In this document: positions 18,586-28,144 of the stretch, piece by piece
Numbering within the stretch: the first letter of the stretch is position 1
How the letters are laid out: each line of letters begins with the position of its first letter
Origin: a virus
Virus record (IMG/VR): IMGVR_UViG_3300031576_000018
Span: 1-64,000 of that record
Length of the DNA stretch: 64,000 nucleotides
Direction: 5' to 3' (one strand)
The notes under the pieces: model-generated
Databases searched by the model: none
Told to the model about the DNA's origin: nothing
Seen by the model: the letters and a program-made list of their open reading frames with translations, nothing else
Program-made: the position numbers and the translations under genes

Positions 18586-21500
18586 AGCCGAAGGCGGAGA
18601 AGGTGTTCTTTCTTCTTTTACGAGAACTCTAAGTCAGGTTAATAGGCTTGTCCAAAAAACAGCAGATGCTATTGGGAAAGCGTTTAAAGTTGATGAGAAA
18701 AGTGGAATATTCGGTGGGGCTGCTTTTGGTAATAATGGTGTAGCTAAGTTTTTATCAGAGCTAATTCCACTAGGAAAAACTTTAAACGACATTAGTAAAG
18801 TTCCTTTTGTTAAAGAACTTTCTAAAAAAGGTGGGTTTTTAAGAGAAGGCGCAAATACAGTTGCCTCTGGTGTTAAAAGAATAGCGGAGTCTTTTGGGTT
18901 GGTGGAGAAGAGTGCAGGAAAAGCCTCAAAGCAAAGCGATAAAGTGCTTGGCTTATTTGATCGTGTTGGAGGAGATACCTTTTTCGAGAAAAGCCCCGTG
19001 GTTAGGTTTTCAACAGCCTTATTCTTTCTCCAGAACACCATTACTAATGTTACTGCTTTAGCTGAAGGGCTATTCGATTCCTTATTTGGAGCCAATAATC
19101 AACTCGCACAGTTTGAACGAACGTTAACTACAGTTCTAGGAACCTCGGAAAGAGCTAAGAAAGCCATCTTTGAATTTGCCAGGCCGTTTGCCATTAAAAC
19201 TCCTTTCTTTGAATCTGAGGAAATTATTGCCCAGGTAAATAGGTTAGCAACCGAAGGTTTTTCTCTGGATGAAATCACAGGAAGACTAGAAGACGGATTT
19301 AATAAATTCTCAGGTAAGTTTGAAGCCCAGTTCTCAGACGGTTTGTCTTCTATTATTGCCAATACCGCAGGTGCTTTTGGTGCATCCTTAGATGAAGTAA
19401 CAGAAGCATTTATCGCAGCCACACAGAATAGGTTTTTTAGAATTACTAAGTTTGGTATTTCCAGGGAACTTTTAAAATCGTTTGGCTTTAGCGGACTAGA
19501 GAGTGATATTAGGGGAAGAGTAGACGCAATAAAAAGAGTACTTGAACTAAAGTTTGGAGGAACCCTAACCGGATTAGCCACAACTTTTAAAGGTGCGGCG
19601 TCTAATATTTCTGACTTTTTAAGTGTGTCCCAACAAAAGACATTTGCGGCTTCTGCGGATACGGTTAGACTAAAGTTAGTCCAAATTGCCGAAGGCTTAA
19701 ACTTATTAACTACCAAATCTGCCACAGCGCAAGCATTTAATAAATTTTTAACTGACACACTTGGCGGTGCGTTTAATACAGTAACCAAAGCAGCAATTAC
19801 GTTCTTAGACAAGCTATTTCAGTTTAAAGAAATTTTAGCTCTTATTATTTCTATCCCCATAGCCAACTTTTTAAAGAATGGCGTTTTAGCCGTTTTTCAA
19901 TCGGTACAGGATTCTATTTTTGGTTTATTCAATGCCCAGAAATTGGGTACAGCTTTACTGGCTCCTTTTAACCTTGTCTTGCGGTTTGCTAAAGGTGCTT
20001 TTATATCTAGCTTACTGGCTACTTTTATTAAAGCACAGGGCGGTATAGCCACAATCTTTGCAAAGATACCTGCCTTGATTGCCAGCTTTTCAGCAAAGGG
20101 ACTAGGTGCAGGAATATTTACAGCCGAGTTTGCGACGACTATAACGAATATTAGCAAGACGTTAACTCAACTAGGTGCTACAGGGGGCAAAACCTTTTCC
20201 GCACTAAGTAAAATAATCGGTGCTTCTGCAATCAATCTTGGAAAATTTAGCGTAAACATCGGAAGTGTTGGCGCATTGGTATCCAAAATTACACCTATAG
20301 CCGCTGTATTTGGGGCAGTAGCCTTTGTCATTCAAGGCGTAGCCGCTGCAATTGCGTTTGTAAGCCAACTGTTTATAGCCACTTTTCAGTTTGTAGCGAT
20401 ACCAGCTATTTTTGAGGCAATAGGGGCTTTAAACGATTTAAGAAAAGGAATAGAGTCACCAAGAACACAAGCATTGGCTAGTATTATTAAAACCTTTGAA
20501 AAGCTAAACGACAAGATACAGCAAGTGGTTGCTTCATTTGTGCAGATATTCGATAAATCTTTTCAATCAGATAACGCTGTTTTTCTGAAGCTACTAGAGA
20601 GAATGGTAAACGTAGTTTCTTTTTTAATAGACAGATTACAGAAAGCCGTAGACGCATTAGCGTTTTTATCTCCTTTGTTTAAAGCTATCGGTTTCTTAAT
20701 TAAAGTTTTTATTATCGACCCACTCCACGGTGGGTTTATATTGGTAAAGCTGGCTGTTGAGGCTATTATTCCCGTATTCAAAGCGTTAATAAAGGACGCA
20801 CTGTTTTTTTGGAATTTGGTAAAAGTCAGTGCTGACTTCTTAGGGCTTACAGAAAAAGGTAGAAACGCAATTAAAGCGCCTGCACAAGCGAGAGCTAAAT
20901 TTAAAGAAGACTTCGGTGATTTGCCAGAGAAAGCTAAGAGTAAGATATTCAAGGCGAGCAAAGAATTAGAAATTGTCAGGCTAGAAGCTCCCGATAAGGC
21001 TAAAGAGAAGTCAGATGCCTTATTAAAAATATTAGAGAACACTAGGGATAGGTTTAAAGACGCTATCAAAAGGATGAAAGAAGAGGGGTTTGTTGATCCC
21101 AAGGAAATAGCGGTGGCTGAAAAACAATTCGACAAACTTGAGGATAGGATATTTAATCTTCGTTCTGAATTTGAAGACATTTCCGATATTAGAATATTAA
21201 AAAATATTGCAGGTGCAGGCGCTAATAAGAGTTTTAAGGATGCCGAGAGATTTGCAGATGGATTTAAAGCCAAAGTAGAAAGTATTGCCAGTGCTGCAAA
21301 TACAAGAGCTGATGAAGAGAAAGACCTACAGGATCAAATAGTCAAAGCCAACCTAATTGGTAACACAGCGGGTGCTGAGAAGCTAAGCCGTATACGAGAC
21401 AAGTTACGCACTGAGAATGAAAGAAAAGACCGCACGGTCATTGAACAACTTTCAGTGCTACAGGTAGAAGCAAACAACAAAGAAATTGCCTTTGCGGAAA

Positions 21501-23785
21501 AATTAAATCAATCTAGAACAGACCAGCTTAATACTCAGCAGCGAGCAATATTAGATGTTGAGCACGCAGTCGCTAAATTAGATTTTCCTAAACAGTTTGA
21601 CTTAAGTGAAGTTAGACCCCAAATAGAGGGCGTTCTTAGTGCGTCTACAGATGGGTTAAAGGATGCAAAGGATGAACTTATACGTGTTCTTTCTTTTAAA
21701 GGTTTGAGTAAGGAAGAGATAAGCAAAGCCCTAGACTTTGTGCTTACCGAGAACAATCGAATAACACAGCAAGCCGTTAGCAACGAGAAGCTACTTAAAT
21801 CAGCACAGGATAAAGTATTAGAAGGCGGTAAAGCGATTTCCAAAGAACTAACCACTAGAGCTACACAAGAAGGCTCCAGAATTAGTTTAGCGTTAGAGGA
21901 GCTGAAACTAAAAAGGAAGTCACAAGAGGTTACTATCCAACAAGCTCAAGAAGAGTTTAAATCTTTAGAAGCTCGTTCTAAACTATCCTCCACCTTTCTG
22001 GATAGCGAAGAAAAACAAAATGAGCTTAAAGAATTTGGGGCTAAGCTAACCGAGCAACAGAATAAATTACTATCAGGTTCAGACGAAGAATTTGGAAGAT
22101 TAAACGGTACTGTTTCAGACACATTAAAAACTTTCAAACGCCTAGAAGAAACCCCAGAGTTTTTAAAGCAAATCACACTAGAAGACCAATTACAAAACTC
22201 AGCTTTCTTAGCCAATAAATTGAATAAATCTATTGTTGGCTTGCGTGAGAATGTAGATGGTGTTGAAACAATACAGGCTGAGATTAATAACCAGATGTCT
22301 AAGACATTGGGTTTAGCTGATCAAATAGCCTCTAAAAGGAAAGAAGATCTCAATACCTTACTAGAGACTGCAAGCACACTCCAGACAGTATCTAGACAGC
22401 GTGTAGTCTCTGCTGAACAACGACAACTATCTAGTCAATTGCAGAGTAGTAAAGTACCTATAGACCTTGCTAACGGTCGTAGAGCAAGGTTAGAAGCACA
22501 GCAAGCGGATCGAGATATTCAGGCACAGTTTGAATCGGTTAAACGCCGAACTGAGGAAACTGAAAAACTTCTCCAGAAAAATAGGCAAGATAGAAGAAGT
22601 TTAAGGTCATCACTGGGTATAGACCCAATTGATCCAACCGCAGAGCGTAATGATGTCAGAGAACTGTTAGATCTAAGACGTAACGCTATTACTGAGTTAT
22701 CTGGATTAGAAACTAAACTTGCACAGACAGAAACAGATGCACGAATTAAACTCATTGAGCTACACAAGACTGAAAAGGATTTACTCATAGAAAAGGGTAA
22801 AATAATAGATAATTTGGCAAGGAAAGCACAAACAGACGCTAACCGAGCACTCGATACACAAGAAGCCCTGGTCAAGCTAGTCTCTGGTGGAGAAGTACCT
22901 GCTGCGGGTAGACAGTTCTTTGTTGAAGAAAGACTCAAAAATTCTCTAGCAGTAGCTCAAGAAGCCAGTACAAAAGCAGAACGGCTGACTGCTTTAAAAG
23001 AGGCTGCCGAGTTATTGAATAGTGAAGAAGCCAAATTATTTGCTTCTGCTGAAACCAAAAGTAGCGCTTTTCAAGAAATTTTCAAATTAGCCAAAGAGAT
23101 TCAAGAGCAAGCTCCTGATATTGAACAAGACGAACTGAGTAGAATAACAGCCCAGCAGCAAAATGTCAGAGAAGACTTAGCCGCTACTGAGCAGAGAATA
23201 AACAATGTTACCAAGAGTATTGGTAATTACTCTCAAACGCTCAATGGGCTGGTAAAGACAACACTTAACTTAGCCAGTCAATTAGGTCAAGAGTTTTCTA
23301 AACAAACCCCTCTTGAAGACCTCGTTAAAAGAGGACTTAAAGGAGAGTCAATTGGTTTTGATACCAACAAGATAGATAATTCAATGAATAAATTTGCTGA
23401 AGCTGTATCCAGATTTGAAGCTGCTTTAGGGTTAGACTTACAAAGTCTAGGGGTAAGAAAATTAGGTAAACAAGATTTATCCTTCAACTTTAGCCCTGAG
23501 CAAGTCTTTCAAAAACCACTTGAAGAAACCGAGCAACGTGTAAACGGTGTGATTCAGAAAGGTAACTTCAATCAACCCAATTTATTCAATGACTTATTAA
23601 ATACAAACAGTTCTCAGGATGCTAGGTTACAGCAAATTAATTCGAGCTTACGGCAGCTAGTAGAGAGAGAGAAGGAACCACTTGATCTCAACTTGACATT
23701 AAAGGCAGAAGATGAGAAAAGTGGTAGAATAGTAAACAGGATTCAAGTAGATCAAACTGCTCCCCAATTTAGAGCACAATTTTAA
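18557..23785 (+). CDS. Tape measure protein
   Basis: About 1740 aa helical protein, FAIKTPF tape-measure motif, hydrophobic central region; GTG 18557 after AGGAGG. Confidence 0.9.
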   Translation: MALGIKIGLEAEGGEGVLSSFTRTLSQVNRLVQKTADAIGKAFKVDEKSGIFGGAAFGNNGVAKFLSELIPLGKTLNDISKVPFVKELSKKGGFLREGANTVASGVKRIAESFGLVEKSAGKASKQSDKVLGLFDRVGGDTFFEKSPVVRFSTALFFLQNTITNVTALAEGLFDSLFGANNQLAQFERTLTTVLGTSERAKKAIFEFARPFAIKTPFFESEEIIAQVNRLATEGFSLDEITGRLEDGFNKFSGKFEAQFSDGLSSIIANTAGAFGASLDEVTEAFIAATQNRFFRITKFGISRELLKSFGFSGLESDIRGRVDAIKRVLELKFGGTLTGLATTFKGAASNISDFLSVSQQKTFAASADTVRLKLVQIAEGLNLLTTKSATAQAFNKFLTDTLGGAFNTVTKAAITFLDKLFQFKEILALIISIPIANFLKNGVLAVFQSVQDSIFGLFNAQKLGTALLAPFNLVLRFAKGAFISSLLATFIKAQGGIATIFAKIPALIASFSAKGLGAGIFTAEFATTITNISKTLTQLGATGGKTFSALSKIIGASAINLGKFSVNIGSVGALVSKITPIAAVFGAVAFVIQGVAAAIAFVSQLFIATFQFVAIPAIFEAIGALNDLRKGIESPRTQALASIIKTFEKLNDKIQQVVASFVQIFDKSFQSDNAVFLKLLERMVNVVSFLIDRLQKAVDALAFLSPLFKAIGFLIKVFIIDPLHGGFILVKLAVEAIIPVFKALIKDALFFWNLVKVSADFLGLTEKGRNAIKAPAQARAKFKEDFGDLPEKAKSKIFKASKELEIVRLEAPDKAKEKSDALLKILENTRDRFKDAIKRMKEEGFVDPKEIAVAEKQFDKLEDRIFNLRSEFEDISDIRILKNIAGAGANKSFKDAERFADGFKAKVESIASAANTRADEEKDLQDQIVKANLIGNTAGAEKLSRIRDKLRTENERKDRTVIEQLSVLQVEANNKEIAFAEKLNQSRTDQLNTQQRAILDVEHAVAKLDFPKQFDLSEVRPQIEGVLSASTDGLKDAKDELIRVLSFKGLSKEEISKALDFVLTENNRITQQAVSNEKLLKSAQDKVLEGGKAISKELTTRATQEGSRISLALEELKLKRKSQEVTIQQAQEEFKSLEARSKLSSTFLDSEEKQNELKEFGAKLTEQQNKLLSGSDEEFGRLNGTVSDTLKTFKRLEETPEFLKQITLEDQLQNSAFLANKLNKSIVGLRENVDGVETIQAEINNQMSKTLGLADQIASKRKEDLNTLLETASTLQTVSRQRVVSAEQRQLSSQLQSSKVPIDLANGRRARLEAQQADRDIQAQFESVKRRTEETEKLLQKNRQDRRSLRSSLGIDPIDPTAERNDVRELLDLRRNAITELSGLETKLAQTETDARIKLIELHKTEKDLLIEKGKIIDNLARKAQTDANRALDTQEALVKLVSGGEVPAAGRQFFVEERLKNSLAVAQEASTKAERLTALKEAAELLNSEEAKLFASAETKSSAFQEIFKLAKEIQEQAPDIEQDELSRITAQQQNVREDLAATEQRINNVTKSIGNYSQTLNGLVKTTLNLASQLGQEFSKQTPLEDLVKRGLKGESIGFDTNKIDNSMNKFAEAVSRFEAALGLDLQSLGVRKLGKQDLSFNFSPEQVFQKPLEETEQRVNGVIQKGNFNQPNLFNDLLNTNSSQDARLQQINSSLRQLVEREKEPLDLNLTLKAEDEKSGRIVNRIQVDQTAPQFRAQF

Positions 23786-23804
23786 AGGAGATTGAGAAAA
23801 GACA

Positions 23805-24551
23805 ATGCCAGATTTTCCCGTAAATACAGTTATACCCGGTCTTGGTAATAAAGTGGGCGTACCTAATTTTAAGAACAGTCTGGAGTTCTATTTTCCCAAC
23901 ATCGTCTCCAGTGGTGCATCTTTAACTACACAGCCAAAATTAGAATGTTGGAAAGCTGTTTCACCTGCATTGGTAACTACTCCTGAAAACGCTCAAGGTG
24001 TGTTTCCTCCGGCTTCGACAGATAGTGCTATTTTTGCAGTAGCGACTTATTTGTATAATGATAATTTGGGTGTTAGCCCATTGCCATCAGATTGGGTAAA
24101 CTTTTTAGCTAGCGGTTACGTAGGCACTGATTATACAAACCAGGCTAGAAAACTTCGAGGAACTACGTCTTGGTTACAATTACGAAATTCACTCGATCCT
24201 TTATTGCTCTCAGCAGGCGGTTTGTACTCAGTTCCTTTTAATCTAACGATGCGTTTGAAAGACGATACGCTTACAGCAGCAGACACAATGAAGTGTTATA
24301 TCTTAGGAAGGTACACGTATATATCGGCTACAGACCCACAATTAGCGTTAAGAGGAAGAGAAGGGGGCACAGACGCTGCTCCGGGGAGTATGAATAGAAT
24401 TAGTGGATTCGCATATCCAGGAACAAGCGACCCCGATAAGAGAATAGTCTTTACAGATGATGGTGCAAGCCCATTAAGCCCTGTGATAACAAGACCAGCT
24501 CCTTTAGATCCCCCATACTACGCTCCACAGGCGGTTGTCATTGCAGTCTAG
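23805..24551 (+). CDS. Minor tail protein
   Basis: Directly after TMP; AAGGAG RBS. Confidence 0.5.
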   Translation: MPDFPVNTVIPGLGNKVGVPNFKNSLEFYFPNIVSSGASLTTQPKLECWKAVSPALVTTPENAQGVFPPASTDSAIFAVATYLYNDNLGVSPLPSDWVNFLASGYVGTDYTNQARKLRGTTSWLQLRNSLDPLLLSAGGLYSVPFNLTMRLKDDTLTAADTMKCYILGRYTYISATDPQLALRGREGGTDAAPGSMNRISGFAYPGTSDPDKRIVFTDDGASPLSPVITRPAPLDPPYYAPQAVVIAV

Positions 24552-24924
24552 ATTAGTCCAACCTGTTTATAACTCATTTTTTATCACTGTCCATTGTCAA
24601 GGTGGGAAACAGATTGAAGGGTACATGGAGGAATTTCCTTGGGATCAAGTACCCAATGAAGCCTTTAAAATAACAGCGGAGCATATGAATGTTTCTCCAC
24701 CTCTTGAAATAGAGGCAGGATTTCATAAGTTATTTATGTTTAAGGAAGTCACACAGGCTGTTATGGGTTCATCGTATAAACGTGTAGACATGCAAGTTGG
24801 TATAATGGCTTCTGACCTATCGGGGTTAGGGTTTACACTTCACAGGGATGGTTCATTTGAGAGAAAGAACTTTGATTTTAGGGACTATAGTCAAGAGACA
24901 CTAAAACTGCACACTAGGGGGTAG
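24535..24924 (+). CDS. Hypothetical tail-region protein
   Basis: Overlapping ORF in tail operon. Confidence 0.5.
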   Translation: MSLQSRLVQPVYNSFFITVHCQGGKQIEGYMEEFPWDQVPNEAFKITAEHMNVSPPLEIEAGFHKLFMFKEVTQAVMGSSYKRVDMQVGIMASDLSGLGFTLHRDGSFERKNFDFRDYSQETLKLHTRG

Positions 24925-24930
24925 ACAGCA

Positions 24931-26262
24931 ATGGATCTTGGCGAAATCTATCCTTCCTCAAGCGAAGATATTGTTTACGGTCTAGCCTCCACAATTGTTC
25001 TTCCCCCACTGGCTGCGTTCGCACTAACAGATAATGCAATTCATCGTTTAATCCAAGAGGTAGACCCCCTTTCTTTAGATAATCTCTTTTCAGTTATCGA
25101 TACGATTTCATCTTCTAGTCCTAATCTGTGGGAAGGTACACAAGATATTTTCCTCTTTGGTACTTCCATAGATCCTCTACAGATATCCTCCTATGGACTT
25201 ATTGCAACCCCGGTAGGCTTATCCTTCGGTAGTTTCTCATCAATTATGATGCCTATCGATACCATTATTCCTCCTTCGCTGGTCCCAGGAAATAATCCTA
25301 TCTTTGTATTTGGGGCGGGTGTATTTACAGAGGCGTACAAAACAACTGAGATCAATGCACTCAACGTTCTAAAGTCAGGTTGGAAAGCAACAGAAGTTAA
25401 CGTAGGGGTAATTACCCCATACTCAAAAACAGAGATTAATGCCTTTGTTCAGCAGGTTAAGACAAGCCCTACTCAATTAAACGGGTTTGTAAACGACTAT
25501 GGCATAGCAGAGACAGAGCTAAATATTGATCAACTACAGTTATCTGGGGCTAGCTCAACACAACTAAACGCCGCTGTTCAAGGTATTAGTATTCAATCTA
25601 TTCAACTCAACACATTTATAAGCAATTACGGAATCAGCTCAACAGAGTTAAATATTGACCAGCTTCAATTGTCTGAGGCTTCCCCAACTGAGTTGAATGC
25701 CAGTTTACTGGCGATTAGTTTTAAGCTAACAGAACTGAACGCCTTTGTTTCAGACCGTACTTTTATAGCCGTTGAAATTGGATTAGCCCCCATCGTTGGT
25801 TACAGTACCGCCTCCACAGAAATTAACGCTATTGTTAGCCTACAGAATAATCGAACGACAGAATTAAATATGTTTCCCACTCTTGCTAACACAAGGGCAA
25901 TGGCTATTGGTGCAATCGTACAGGCAATGAATACTCAGGCAACTCAACTTAACGCAACTATCCATTTGGGGGGTGCGGAAGTAACGGAAGTCAATGCGTT
26001 TATTAATATTGTCAAGACGCAAACTACTCAACTTAACGCTTTTATTAATAAGACTAATTTTGACGCTTTCCAATTAAACGCCTTTGTCAATATAATGGAT
26101 TTAGGAGCAAGAACAGAACTCAATGCTTTTGTTAGAGATTACTTAATTGCAGGGGCACAAACAGAACTCAACGCTTTTTTAATTAATGAAGATGAGTTCT
26201 TAAACCCAATTAATAACCTACCTGTGAAGGACTGTTTTGTAGAAAGTGATTACTATGTTTAA
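24931..26262 (+). CDS. Tail protein with about 14-aa T[EQ][LI]NA repeats
   Basis: Around 20 TELNAFV-like repeats in C-terminal two-thirds. Confidence 0.6.
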   Translation: MDLGEIYPSSSEDIVYGLASTIVLPPLAAFALTDNAIHRLIQEVDPLSLDNLFSVIDTISSSSPNLWEGTQDIFLFGTSIDPLQISSYGLIATPVGLSFGSFSSIMMPIDTIIPPSLVPGNNPIFVFGAGVFTEAYKTTEINALNVLKSGWKATEVNVGVITPYSKTEINAFVQQVKTSPTQLNGFVNDYGIAETELNIDQLQLSGASSTQLNAAVQGISIQSIQLNTFISNYGISSTELNIDQLQLSEASPTELNASLLAISFKLTELNAFVSDRTFIAVEIGLAPIVGYSTASTEINAIVSLQNNRTTELNMFPTLANTRAMAIGAIVQAMNTQATQLNATIHLGGAEVTEVNAFINIVKTQTTQLNAFINKTNFDAFQLNAFVNIMDLGARTELNAFVRDYLIAGAQTELNAFLINEDEFLNPINNLPVKDCFVESDYYV

Positions 26263-28144
26263 TTTTGACCTTTCCCTCTTCGACCTAGAACGTAATGCAC
26301 AACTATTGAATGCGTACACACACTGTACGAAAGTCGTATTTGGTGGTTTAGTTTTAGCGGTCAATGAGGTCAAGCCAAGAAATGTTCGCTTTGAGATAAC
26401 TACTCGTAATTGGTTTACCAAAAAGGATAAAGGTATCTCTTCAGTACCTAAGCGAATTGAGCGTTTAAATAAAGACGGCTCTACCACAATTATTAAAGAG
26501 GTTGTTCTAACCAGAGATAATGGAACGATAGTTACAACAACGACAGAGAGTACAACTTTTCCTGAGATTACCAATGTAACCACTATTTCTGAAAGTACCA
26601 ACTTACCTGTGGCAAAATTGGTTACGGCTGCCAACGGTGTTGTTCCCCCCACCTATGAACTTGACGCAGACCGTATTCGTTTAGTTAAAACAAAGACAGT
26701 GGTTACTCCCCCTGATGAAGTTATAGAGTATGTTACTGAACGAACAGAAGAGATTAATTCTACAGCAGACCGTGTAACTCCAGGTAACAACCAAAGAACA
26801 GCGGGTGGTATAGAGATTCAAAAGGTTTCCGAAAGACGTTATATTAACCAACAGAAGCCTGTACCCAAAGCCAAACCAGTTAATTTTGAAACCATAGACG
26901 GTACGTTGTACGACCAATACTTATTAGGTCCCCCTGTACAAGGATTTGATTTGGTCTTTTGGAATGAGGGCATGGGTAATAATCTCGTTACCAACTTTGG
27001 TACTGACACAGACGTACCTAATCCTGCTGACCCATTCGGTCTTCCTTCTTTGCCTGGGGATAAAACATCGAACGAAACCATTACTAGCAAGTTAGATTAT
27101 GGAGACGGTACAGAGGGTGTACGGACGTATAAATCCACACTGAATGTCAGAGGTGAGTTAACAGAGGAAATTACGCTTGTGGTGCAAGCCAAAGAGGTCA
27201 GAGATAAAATTGACGTAACTAAGACAACTACAACACCTCTGAGAACGGTTAAAGAGATTAACCATTATGATATTAAAGGTGTTCTTATTAAGACAGACAA
27301 AACGACAACGACTAAGCAAGATGACGTTAACGCTCTACAAGGAACAAATGGAACAAGTACCTTAAGGGAAGAGACAGACGAAAATGGTAAAGTAACACTC
27401 ACCACGACAACCACTTCTCACGATTCTGATTTCTCCCATGAAACAACAGAAGAACAAAAGCAAGTGATTACCCCCGGTCTTCCTATTATCTCATTTACTA
27501 AAAATATAACCAGGGACTTTAAAAACAATACCCAGGTAACAGTCTTTACTGAAACCGTTAAGAATACCGATGGTGATGATAAAACAACTACCTGGACAGA
27601 AGAACTACCTATCAATGCAAATAAGACAACCTCAGAAGAAATTACAGAAAAAAAAGACGAAGCCATTATTGATGACGTAGTGGTAGGAAGACTGATTACT
27701 GAGTACAGACTGTCTGGAGAATTATTAGAGAGAACACAAGCCTTTAAAATAATGAACAAATATATTGAGCATCAACACGCTTGGGCTATGTTTAATTTCT
27801 TAGGTCAACAATTAGAACTTGGAGAAAGGTTGGCTCCCAAAGATAGAAAGTCACTCTTTGAACAACAGATGAGAATCTTTACCGCAGAGCTTTTAGTCGG
27901 GGAGACAGAAATTAGGCAAGGACCTGTTCTTGATAGAATTGAACTAGAGTGCAACGGAGAAACGCAATTGGGTGTTGTCTTCGCACCTAACGCTGGATTT
28001 GATTTAGAGTGGATAGATGGAACAGATGGATATTACCGCTGGACGATTAATGTTCAAACCTATTCCAATGTGGTTGTAGAAGAACCCGGTGCGATTGGTG
28101 AAGATACCTTAGGCGGTGTTTATATTCGATATGAGGAAACCTAG
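26255..28144 (+). CDS. Thr-rich tail protein (possible distal-tail protein with large insert)
   Basis: Repeated DG/NG turns flanked by T/V/E/K strands; precedes hub. Confidence 0.5.
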   Translation: MFNFDLSLFDLERNAQLLNAYTHCTKVVFGGLVLAVNEVKPRNVRFEITTRNWFTKKDKGISSVPKRIERLNKDGSTTIIKEVVLTRDNGTIVTTTTESTTFPEITNVTTISESTNLPVAKLVTAANGVVPPTYELDADRIRLVKTKTVVTPPDEVIEYVTERTEEINSTADRVTPGNNQRTAGGIEIQKVSERRYINQQKPVPKAKPVNFETIDGTLYDQYLLGPPVQGFDLVFWNEGMGNNLVTNFGTDTDVPNPADPFGLPSLPGDKTSNETITSKLDYGDGTEGVRTYKSTLNVRGELTEEITLVVQAKEVRDKIDVTKTTTTPLRTVKEINHYDIKGVLIKTDKTTTTKQDDVNALQGTNGTSTLREETDENGKVTLTTTTTSHDSDFSHETTEEQKQVITPGLPIISFTKNITRDFKNNTQVTVFTETVKNTDGDDKTTTWTEELPINANKTTSEEITEKKDEAIIDDVVVGRLITEYRLSGELLERTQAFKIMNKYIEHQHAWAMFNFLGQQLELGERLAPKDRKSLFEQQMRIFTAELLVGETEIRQGPVLDRIELECNGETQLGVVFAPNAGFDLEWIDGTDGYYRWTINVQTYSNVVVEEPGAIGEDTLGGVYIRYEET

